From assembly GCA_050575255.1 (NCBI GenBank), contig JBNZDD010013726.1, positions 4,919,036-4,983,035 on the forward strand: DNA of 64,000 nucleotides. The letters run 5' to 3'. The first letter of the stretch is position 1. Each line of letters begins with the position of its first letter. The DNA comes from Harriotta raleighana (Eukaryota). Positions 24,321 to 35,445 of this stretch are shown one piece after another. The notes beneath the pieces were generated by a model, which was given only the letters and a program-made list of their open reading frames with translations, ran no database searches and was not told the origin of the DNA. The translations under genes and the position numbers were made by a program.

Positions 24321-24437
24321 ATGGCTCATGCTGCTTCTCATCTTAAGAAAAATCGGGAAATAGAAGTTGTGAACTCAGTCGATGAGGAAAAAATCATAAG
24401 AAGACACAGGAAGCGTTCTCGGGATCGAAAGAAAAAG
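24321..24437 (+). CDS. ank3: Ankyrin-3 (ankyrin-G) alternative first coding exon 1b, 39 codons, phase-0 donor
   Basis: Translation MAHAASHLKKNREIEVVNSVDEEKIIRRHRKRSRDRKKK matches the human ANK3 isoform-1 N-terminus MAHAASQLKKNRDLEINAEEEPEKKRKHRKRSRDRKKK. The donor AAG|GTACCT sits exactly after KKK, where similarity ends. There is an in-frame upstream stop at 24285. Confidence 0.95.
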
Positions 24438-24832
24438 GTACCTGGAAAAAAAAAAGAGCCATCTGCACATTCCATTGTTCTAATTCCGATATGTCAAGCA
24501 TGTAATTTTTCATAAAAATCCAACATTATGTCTGCATGAAAAACATCCAGTCGTACCAACGTTCAATCTTTTTAGTTGAATTATTTTGTTTGGTCTGTTT
24601 CGATTGCTTTGTTTGCAGAGAATTTGCCTCTTTTAAATTCCTCACTGTGTACTGCAGTATTGTTGCGGGATGTGTTCCTTCAGGAAGGAGACAGCAGCAG
24701 CAGTAGACCCAATTATTTATTTCACTGACATTGGAATCTTTTACTGTTGGAAACATTATTTTTCACCTTGTAGATCGAGCACCTTTCCTGGATGGATTGA
24801 ATCTGCATTCATTTATTTTCTTAAATAATTAG

Positions 24833-24833
<1 letters not shown>

Positions 24834-24869
<36 letters not shown>

Positions 24870-24870
24870 T
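24834..24870 (+). repeat. (TG)n microsatellite
   Basis: About 18 TG units with one TA interruption. Confidence 0.95.
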
Positions 24871-26375
24871 AAAAAAAAAGAGGGTATATTTTAAGTGTTG
24901 TTTATTTCAATAAACTATATTTGGCACAAANATGTGTGTGTAAAAAAAAGAAGGGTATATTTTAAGTGTTGTTTATTTCAATAAACTATATTTGGCACAA
25001 ACGAGAGGATAGTGGTTGAGGTGTATTTTCAAATGAGGTTATTAAACCCTCAACCTAAAGAACACTTTTTTGGATGGCTGCATTTGTTTATAACAAGAGA
25101 ATTCTCTTCTTCTTTTGTATTTTTAGTAGTAGACACTTTCTATTCTGCATAACCTTAACCCTTGTGCTTCTTGTGATTTCCTCTAAAGGTTCCCCTCAGT
25201 GATGGAGGGGATTTTTTTTACACACTGATAATTTTCTTATTGTCATTGTTTCAATGGTGCAGTAGGATTTTGTCATCCCTTTTTCCCAATTAACACTTAA
25301 TTGATAATGTTTTCAACTTGAATAATCAATAATGCATCCTTTTTAAAAAAAGATTCATTTTGATTTTTTTTGTCTGCAGTGTCCTTTAGCACACTCAGCA
25401 GATTGTTGTATTCGGTACAGGTTTCCATGATAAATGACCCATTGTGCAAGGTAGTGTGGCTGCAGCTGTTTGGAGCTGTGTTCTGCATTCCTTTGTCACC
25501 ATTTCCTTTTTTTGTTGTTAAATTCTCTTGGGATAATACAATCCCAATTTGCTCTAAGCATTGAGGCATCCATCCTTCTACTAAATGATCCGCAAACATC
25601 ATTTGATGATACAAACAGCAAATACATGTGTGCAGTTTATTCAGCGCTCTTCAATATTAACCCTCTTCCTTCCACTAACTGAAACACTACTGGCATTGGA
25701 TAGTGTTTGTTGGTGGGAGGGAAGTGATTGTGGTTGTTTAATTTCCAATTAATCAGGCATTGGAGTATTTAGTGGATTGTTTTCCCAAGTCACACGTTCT
25801 GTATATCCAAGAAACATTGGTATGTTATCGATATATTACAATTGAGGCAGCGATTTCTATAATAAAGAATTCTGACAGGTTTCAAATGCTGTTTGTTAGA
25901 TGTCAGGATGGAATCCAAGGCCTCTATAAACTGTTGTCTTTCTATTTGTTGGAAGTGGTGTTCTACATAAACATGAACAGTCCAGTTAATGGCATTTATC
26001 ACTGTGATGTCACAGCCTTTTCAGTGCCAAAACTGATCCAGTCTTATTTTTAGCCTTAGGTGGAGAGAGTGTGTAGACTGGGGCCACTCAGTGATTTAGA
26101 AAAGATTGATATAGTCCTCAAGCAGCACTGCTGTTCCTTGCTTCTGCTTGTTGTGTTCTCGCGTGAAGTGCTGTTACTGAATGCTGTAGAACGTCACTTT
26201 GCAAATTTATTTTCACGATATTCACAAGATACACAAATTTAAATTGACCCCTAACAATCCAAGACGAGAATAGCATTGGTAGTGGCCTAGCTGGGAGCAG
26301 AAGCTATTTAACCAACTAGAGTCAATTAGGACCAGTGAGGTATAAATACTCTAGATTCATTGATTCTTTCTGATT

Positions 26376-26474
26376 ATACAGTCAATTCACTTTACAGTAT
26401 ATTCTGTGAAGCGATTTGAGACGTCTCGAAGACATGCTAAGCAGCTATATCAAATGGAAGGATTATTATTATTA
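26376..26474 (+). mobile_element. SINE 3' tail fragment
   Basis: TACAGTCAATTCACTTTACAGTATATTCTGTGAAGCG...CTATATCAAATGGAAGGATTATTATT. Confidence 0.85.
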
Positions 26475-29400
26475 TGACCTCCCCAGTTGATGTTGGACAC
26501 AGCAGTGGGGCTCACTAAAAACACTATTTCTTCAACTAAGACTATTTACTGAAATCCTTTTAAGAGGTAGTAAACCACAAAGCTGCAATCATCAGTGGGA
26601 ATGGTTTGGGTTTGGAGATTAATTGGGAGCAGGCATAGCTAGGAGCAGGATAAGTAAAATTTGGTAAATCAAGTTGACAATAGAATGGTTTCAGGCACAG
26701 TGTAAGGTGTTATTAACCTAAACATTCCTGAGTAATCTCGGGACATGAAATATTCACTCGACAAAATTTGTGGACTTTACTTTATTCTACTATACAAAGT
26801 GGACATTCTAAGCTAGTCAACTGAGAATGTAATGCTATTATGCCTGTGGTTGGGTATTTGCTTAAAAGGAACAGTTTATGAGCCACTGTTGATTTCTCTA
26901 TCCATTCTTTATGGACTGTAAAAGTAGAACACCAATGCCTTGGTCCCATGAGAGGGTTCCCATTAAGATGCTTCTAGTACATTTTCATTACATTAATGAG
27001 GTACCATTCCTGTTCTCTTCATGTAATTTACACCTTCTATTGCAATAACATATAATAGACTATCCTTGTAGCTGTGCAGTTTGATCTCCAGTGTGTTGTG
27101 TGCACATCTTCACTTCCCTTCAATCCCGATTGGATTGTCTAAAAGCTTCTGTGAATCCAAAAGAATTGCAGGTTATAATAGTAAATTGCAATAAAAGTTT
27201 GCCTCGGGTTACCCAATGTCACAGCTGATTGGAAGGCCAACTGTAGTCAGAGAGGCAGGCAGGGATGTTATGTTACAGGCAACAATTATGTTTCAAAATG
27301 AATTGTAAAATGTGTGTGATGCAATGAAAATTATCTATATGGGGGTTGAATTGTTAATATATTTTGTTGGTAGGCATAGTCCCATTATAGCAGCTATTAT
27401 TTTTAAATATTATTTATTTATTTATATTATATTTATATAGCACCTTTTACGTCAGGGGGACGTCCCAAGGCACTGTACAGTCAAGTGGGGGGAGGGGTCG
27501 GGGGAAAAAAAGTAGGAAAAACTGACTGTATATTATACCATGTATAAGTGATATAAGTGATGATCAGGCAATGAACACAAAATTATACACTTGATTTTCT
27601 TCAAATGATTTCCAAGATATCTGGTTGTTGTAACTGGAGAAACCAATACTAAATGCATACATATTTCTTTACATTATATATACAATTGGAAGTTTAAGGT
27701 CTTTCCTGAATATCTCACATGATCTTAAAACAATAACTGTACTTGTTTTACTTCAGCAGTGTAATAAACTCTGGCCAGCATTAAATTTGTGTCATAATGT
27801 GCAGGATTTATCGGGCAACATGTTGCTTCATTGGTAGAAAATATTATATTTGACCTGAAAATATTTATGAATTCTGCAAATTACTTTTGACATTGATCCC
27901 AGTTCATATTGCTATAACCATGTTCAATTATTGGTCTCCTGGCTTCCAACTCATGAAACAAAAGAAAATGTGTTGATGTATTATTTTACAACAACTCACA
28001 AATATTGAGATGTTGGTGGGGGGGGCAGAGGGAGGTAAACTCATTTGGTTATTTTTTGTAGCACTTGGTAATGTTCCACACTTGATGAATGCATGGCATG
28101 CAGCAATGATTTCACAACATGTTGCAGGTAAATAATCTTTATGTATGGGTTGACTTTAGCACTCTGGATGTGACCCTCGATACTCCAAATCTGTTTCTAA
28201 CTGCAGAATTTGCGATTGATATTATCAAGTTGGAATTGTCCAACCCTCCCACTTAAGTGACATAAAATCAGGTCTGCACCAATTTGGTCTTTCATTCTGT
28301 TAGTACACCTTAGAAAATAAAATCTTTAAAGATCTGTTAATATCCAACTTGGGATCAAATTTACTCAGATACATAGGAATTAACTGAAGGAAGCTCTTTG
28401 AGTGTGTGTGTTCCTATTCCATTGGAACGTACTTTACAGTGTGGTTATTTGATTGCCTCCACACTGAATAGTGTAATCCCCAATGCTACAAAATACTTTA
28501 TATTATGTAATCATTTTATATTTAAACTGTAGTCTTGAGTAATGAGCAGGGGCCATATTTACTCAGCTTCTTCACAAATCCATTTTTACTGTATACATTG
28601 CTGCAGCTTACAGGGAACAAAGCTCTATATTATGAATTGTAATATCCTCGGCAGAGTGTTTATCTGTCAGTTATTTTTTGTAACATCAATAAAATGTACT
28701 CTGTAATGTGACAACTGAATCATTCTTGAGAAACACAACATATTTACTAATATTGCTATCTTTAGCGCTAGAACTGATATGCACTTTCATATCATGAAAA
28801 ATATTGGTGTAAGTCAAGACATTTGCAGATCTCTGAAACTGATTTTCAGTGGCCATTCATTCTTGCCCTCCCCATAGGCGTCACATTTATTTTGCATCTG
28901 GTTAGAATGCCTATGTGGAACTCTTGAGCTTGAGTGAGGTTCGGAGTCATTTTTCAGTCTGTATTATTAGAGAGGAAAAAAACTCACTGAGGTACACTTC
29001 AAGTTACAAACAATGTAATTGGTCCATTGGACTTATTTCAAAGTGAATTCTTGTGGCTTTTTTGGTTTGGGCTGTACTCCAGTTGCTGTTGTTTGGACTT
29101 CAGAGTGAATGTGAAGTAAATATTTAATTGCAAAAAGCAAATCCATTCTGTCATATAGTACAGTACTTGCATCTGCACCTGTACTTTGCATTTCAATGGA
29201 GACAGAATGCTGATTTTTGACTAATATTGCACAGACACTAGTGGAGTACTGAGAATAGGTTTAACATCTACTTTTTAATTATTTTGTTGTGTTTCACATA
29301 ACACAGCAATTCATGTAACTATGACTTTTACCCATCACCAGGAGATAGCTTGTGTTGGTAAATTATGACAGAAGATAAAGGCAACATGCAAAGGAGTGGG

Positions 29401-30429
29401 GCATCATTTACAGTATGTAGCACCAAAGGTTGGATGGTATACTGTTGTCCTTTCCCATATATTATGCTGCCTCTTTCACACTCAGTCTGCCAAGAGCAAC
29501 AAAGACTAGGAGAATGTTTGAAGGACATTGGCCTTCATTTGAAAAGATGCTTGGCAAACCTATAAGAACCCGTGAGATGATGATGCAAATCACATCAAAA
29601 TACATCACCTAGTCACTGCAGAATGACATAATTGTGGCAAGATGATGCACATCCTTTTTTCAAACACCTTTTCACAAGACCATTATACCTTGTGAACAGT
29701 AAGTCACATCATACGGAAGAAATGTAGATCTTGCTATTTATCACTTCTTTCGAGAAATAGAATTACATTGCTGTAACTCACTGTCAGCTTCTTTCGGCCT
29801 GAATTCCATTCTATTAAAGGATAAAAGTGCATGTGCAAAGTATAGTTTCTAATTAAAAATGAACAAGTGACAAAGGTACAATTCAGTGAGGCTGTCAAGT
29901 GGATCATGTTTGTCAGAATGATTTTGTGAAGAAATGTTATAAGAACACTATGAGAGGTACAGGAGCCCTTTGCTCTTTACCTCTGAGCTGGCTGCTAATG
30001 GAATAGGAGTGCAACTACTTGACCACATCCAGGAGCAGGAAGTAAAACCATTGGCTAGAGATGTTTATATTAGACTCTAGGTTTGGCAGAACTTGTGTTC
30101 ACTGTGCCCAAAGGTGTTTCATTCCCTTGTATGGTGTGCACTGCAGAAAAATATTATAACATGCTTGCAGCCAGAGAAGAAATTGCATCAAAGACTGCAT
30201 CACCCTTAATGGCTCCATTAATATTAATACTGCACTGATGTCTGACCAGCTATTCCATCACAAGATCCACATTGGTGATGTGCATTCTGCCATACAGATG
30301 GCTTAGCACATCTAAAAATCCAAACCATGCTGAGGATTTTCTAGTGTGTGGAGTACATTCTCCTGAGCTATCCAATTCAGATTGATAGTTTTAGAATTAT
30401 GTGTATGAACAGATGTAGAATGATGAATT

Positions 30430-30585
30430 GTTTTCAAAACCCTTCTTAAAACTAACCCCTTTGACTGCCCCTTTGGTAATGTGCTTGCTGTCCCTCCATA
30501 TCCCTCGCACCCACTCAATTTCTGTAAAGTGCTTTGAAATGTTTAATTAATTGAAAGACTTTATATAAGGGTAAGTTGTTGTAGT
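30430..30585 (+). mobile_element. Degenerate L2 3' end
   Basis: TTCAAAACCCTTCTTAAAACTAACCCCTTTGAC...CTGTAAAGTGCTTTGAAA...GAAAGACTTTATATAAG..AAGTTGTTGT. Confidence 0.6.
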
Positions 30586-30741
30586 TAGTAAGAGGTCAAA
30601 GTACTGTTGTCTAATTGAGGATATTTCTAATCGGGGATATTTTGCATATTATTTTTGTACCTTAATTTTGTAACATTTTTCTTTGTCTCCTTTTTTGTTG
30701 TACCTCTCCCAACACTCATGTGTCAATAATATGGGGATAAT

Positions 30742-31669
30742 CATTTGCCATATGGACAGAACAGAAAACAGCTACAGTACTTTCCTCAATTACTATCATA
30801 CAATTACTGCCTGGAACAGTCAATTCTCAGAGACTGGCAAGGGAGAATACATCCAGCATTCCTGTTATATTCAGCTTTTCTTTAGAGACCCCTATGATAG
30901 AACAATGAGGTACCTTCATTTGTTGTTGAGTTTGTGTGTAATTTCCACTATTGCGATCCCATTAGGATACCTAATTTTACTGCCAGATAGCTACTTACCA
31001 GAGTAACACTATGACCTCACCTTCTGTGAAAACATGTACCTTTGATCAGCGTTAAAGGCTGATTGAATTGGGGTTGGGGGATGAGCTTGCCTTTTGGAAA
31101 ATCACAGCTGTGAATCTGTCCTAACATCCCTTGCCCTGTATGTTTCAGAGCAAATATAAACCAGTTAGTTTCAATGAGGTTTTATTTTGAAAGTGACCTC
31201 AGTTAGTACTGAACCGCTTCAGTAAAATATTACTAGAATTATGAGATTACACTATCATATGACAAATAGAATGGTTTTACAAATTTATTTTTAAAGTAGT
31301 TTACCAGATTATTTGCCACATAAGTTCTGCTTAGATGGAGCTGCTATATGAATCAACAATTTCCCAAATCACAGATAGACGTATTTTGTGTCACGTCAAG
31401 TGAATTAATAGGCTTGTTTTACAATGACAGCCTAAAGTGGAAAATACTCTCACACACGATGCCGAGGCTTTGAGTCACAATAAATGTGAAATGAAGGAAC
31501 CTAGTTGTTGAATCGTAGGAGTCTCTGAAGAAATCACTGGACATAACAGGAATGCAAGATTTATTCTCCCTTACAAGTCCCTGAGGATTGGCTGTTCCAA
31601 GCAATAATTGCACAATAGTAATTGAGGAAAGCACGGTAGATGTTTTCTGTTCTGTCCATATGACAAATG
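30742..31669. repeat. Long inverted repeat: arms 30742-30921 and 31489-31669
   Basis: Manual alignment gives about 180 bp at roughly 83% identity, e.g. CATATGGACAGAACAGAAAACA against TGTTTTCTGTTCTGTCCATATG. Confidence 0.9.
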
Positions 31670-33344
31670 GTTAATTTTCATGTTAGCGATGCATAGTAGA
31701 AAAATGGATTAGAGTCATTAAAATGAATAATTATGCTCATAGAACCATATTTAAATAATGCTTCCTATGTTTCTACCCACTGTCTCTGCTGAAGCTGATG
31801 ATGACTCATATGGAGGGACATTTCTATGAGTGGTGGTCTTTGATACCTTATTCAAGTGATTGATCTCAATGTGTGAGCTTGAACACAGTTTGATTCTGGG
31901 GCCTGTTACAGTCAAACCTGACCTTGTTTCCTACTAGAGGATAGCTTTCACAAACCAAAGATAATTTATTTGTTCTTCACAGTCCAGATATACTGTAAGA
32001 TTGAACTATAATAAACCTTGCATTTGATAGTGATGCTGAACTCGCCTTCCAGCGCCTTGGGACGTTCTCACGATGTGAAAGACACTATACAATGTTGTTC
32101 ACCTTGTAGGAGAATGCCTCAATGTGGTTCACAGGATTTTCTGCAAACTGTAGTGACTGTGCATTTTGTTAGCAAACTAGCCCATTTCTAGCTGAGGTTT
32201 ATAAATGCAACTCAGACCAGGGTTTGACTTTTGTGTCAAACTTTTCACATAAATAACATTATTTTTGTTTCACAGCATATTTGTTTCATCATAATCCTTT
32301 TCCCCAGTGATAGTCAATTGTTATAGGCAATATGGGGAATGACACTGTTGCTCAATAAAGGAATACTATGTGGAGGAGCTGATTGTTTCAGTGCGTTAAT
32401 AGTACAGACTTGTGTTTCGAAATCTTTCTAACGAAGGTTGTTCAGGGAAAGGGAAGTTGTTAAATGTCTGCATTGGGCCGCGCTCTTCTGTTGGGATAAT
32501 GTAAAGGTGAGTCTATCTTGTGTTCTCCAAAAATGATCTGTATTTCATCAATGACATAATTTCCCTGTGGTATAAACTCTCCAGAATACCTCAACAAGCC
32601 CAAGTTTTTTTTTACACACACGTGATGTAATATATTTCCCAGATCTGAGGGATCCTAATTAGAAAAAATATTTGCTGACAGATGCTCTTCCTGGCGAGAG
32701 ACTGCAGCTCAACATGCATGTTGTTTGAAATGATAGCCCAGTGCTCTGAAAGAAATGTCCGCAAATGGTGCATGCTCCATTTTGTGCCCTAATCACAATC
32801 GTCTTGGGAAGGAGCTGGAAGAGTAGTCACTTCAATCAATGCTACTCAGGCGAAGTAGTAAAGAGAGAGAGAGATGTCGTTATGCTCTGTGTCTGGACAA
32901 ATTATGATTGCAGAATCCTCCCCCAACCGAAGTCAATGTGGGGAAGTAACTCTTGAATATCTCATTTTGTAACTGACCACAATTTGCAATTATTTCTGAC
33001 ATTTTTGTGTCTTGTACACAAACAGACGGGATATTCCAATACTGTGGCTGATTTCAGGGTGACCCGTGGCCAACTGAGTATCTGGAACATGGCATATTCA
33101 TGAAGTGGTTGCACTACAACAATGTTGTTTCATTGTAACATTGACAATTTAGTTAACTGAGAATCAGATTGAAAAAAAACACTTTCAGTATGAATCACTT
33201 TTTTCCCTGCAACTTGTGGGCTGGCAGGCTACCAGTGAATGGGTAGCATCTGATTGATATTTAGAAACTACTGTACAATGCTCCAAATACCCACAAAGTG
33301 ATGCTTGCCATGAAGTTAGAGATCTTGGACTTGGGAATATAAAA

Positions 33345-33695
33345 CCACTTACGTTTATATAGTGCCCTTCACATAAGATAATATTTGATTGCTTCAAACT
33401 GATAGGGTCATATGCTGAGCAAGAGAGAGGGGAAGAAAGAGGGTGAACCATAGGGTGGGTCAAAGAGGTAGGCGTTTATAATAATAATAATCCTTGATAT
33501 AGCGCTTTTTCACATCTTATCGACATCTCAAAGCGCTTAGGCAGGATTTAGAGATGGACAGGGATTGGGTGAAAGAGAGAGGGCTGGAGAAACAAACAAC
33601 AACAAAATTACATTGATAGAGTGCTTTTCACATTGGGAGGACAGGGAGTTCTGAAGATTAAAAGTATAGTAGCTGAAGGCTCGGTCACTGATAGT
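33345..33695 (-). mobile_element. Degenerate L2 3' end interrupted by a SINE tail (33479-33538) and a second L2 tail (33593-33641)
   Basis: Three tail motifs in tandem, with L2 body pieces (GTCAAAGAGGTAGG / AGGGAGTTC...GCTGAAGGCTCGGTC) continuing across them. Confidence 0.6.
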
Positions 33696-35254
33696 GAATC
33701 AGGTGGGTTGAGGACTCATCAGGGTTTCTATCGCTGAGGCTTTGTTACCTTTTAAAACATCAAGGTCAGGAGGCATTTTAAAACGGATTGAGTGTTTTTC
33801 ATTTCGGCTACATTTCTAACGATTGAAAAGCTGGTTACTCATATCCTGCAATAACACATAGCAGAAAGAGCTTTGACATGTAATGTACGAACCAGGTTTT
33901 TAAAATGCTAAAATATTGTAAATTGAATTTGACCCCTTTGTGTCTAATATATTTGTTCTGTGACTCAATACATATCTTTGCTGATTTGCCCTTTGATAGA
34001 AAACAAAGCTCCTCTCACTGAGTTAGTGCCTTGCATGTGATGAGTTGACAATTGCATGATAAAGCCTAATTACAAGTCGTATTAATCACAATGATTGAAG
34101 ACATAGCTGTTGCTTCTGCACTCCCAATAGTAGTACATAAAGCACATACAATAGAAAATGGTGCAATATTCCCTCAGTGAGGAAGCCCCCACCATTCCCA
34201 AATGTCATTGTTGAGGGAGTTTGAAATACTTCTCCATTCCTCGATTAAAAGGACATTTTTTTCTTCTCACTGTTTATATTGCAGTTGTATCAGAAACTGT
34301 CCCTCCAGGAGTTTTAATGAATAAAATGTTGAGTTGGGACAAAGATGTTTTAAGCCTTATACAGTACAGTGAAGTACCGCACTGTTAGGGTGTGACATAT
34401 TGAATTTCAACCAAATCACATTAAATGTTGTGATAGAACTCTGGAATAATTTGAATTATTGAATACTAAATGAATACTAAAACTGTGAAATATAAAGTGA
34501 ACATTTAACGTGTCATACTTTCTGAAATGGACAAAATCTCTTTACTGTTGTGGGTAGATGTCACTCAGCTACATAGCAATTTGCATTTCCTGCTGAACAG
34601 TGCACATGTATATTATTTATGAATTCCTGCGTAAAATGAGTTTATTTAGAAAGTGTGTCCCTAAAGTAAAGCATTTTTGTTTAAATTATAGAACCCTAGC
34701 AATTCCTATGTAATTATTTAGTTTTTGTGCCTATAAATACAAGTTTCTAAAGAAAATTGTGCTTCCAATATATGGATGGAAATCAGGGATTTAGATACCG
34801 TGAAGTTTCATTAAAGTTCTTCCACAAAATAAGCTATAGTCTTTCAATCATAAATATTGTGACTGAGTCTTTCAATCCTGAATACTGTTAGATACTGCTC
34901 TTGCTCACAGCAATATTTGAGCTACCAGAATAATCTAATAATCGTGATGATCTTTGCATTGCTTGTTGATTACAATGACCAGTTTTCAGGAACTATCATA
35001 CCAAACCTATCCTCTTCACCAAAACATTCTGCAGACAGATGATGTGGCAGTTACAAGAAATAATGATCACCATTAATATTTTAATACTTAACAACGCTGT
35101 GCATTGATATTCTGACAGTAATCAATGTTTTTAATTGTGTGATGTCACTGTGACTTTGACAGGATTTTATGCTTTTAGAAAATCGATTGCTTTCTAATAA
35201 AATCATTTATAGGTACAGTATTGGTATTTCAATTTTCCAAACTTGGGGTGGGGA

Positions 35255-35445
35255 CTCGCCAGGGTAAATACAGAGACACTATTTCCACTGTTGAAGGAAT
35301 CCAGAATAAGGAGGATAATCTTAGAATTAAAGATAGGCCATTTAGGAGTGAAACCAGGATGCATTTTTCATACAAAAGGTTGTGGAAATCTGGAATGCAC
35401 TTCCTTGTGGGTGTTTGGTCAATTGTAATTTTTAAAACTGAGATC
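35255..35445 (+). mobile_element. CR1 ORF2 C-terminal fragment
   Basis: Reads LRIKDRPFRSETRMHFSY and GGTTGTGGAAATCTGGAATGCACTTCC (RVV..WN.LP motif). Confidence 0.75.

Noticed and set aside
24284-24460. Minus-strand T-rich CAG|GTACC acceptor with a downstream GTAAAG donor (antisense exon)
   Set aside because: The pyrimidine tract is just the complement of the A-run after the exon 1b donor, and all frames contain stops. There is no independent support.
24438-24515. Continuation of the exon 1b ORF (VPGKKKEPS...)
   Set aside because: ANK3 similarity stops at KKK, exactly at the AAG|GT donor; the rest is intron read-through.
24526-24756. Minus-strand Cys-rich 76-aa ORF
   Set aside because: No recognisable homology or splice context. 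It lies antisense in the ank3 proximal intron and is consistent with chance.
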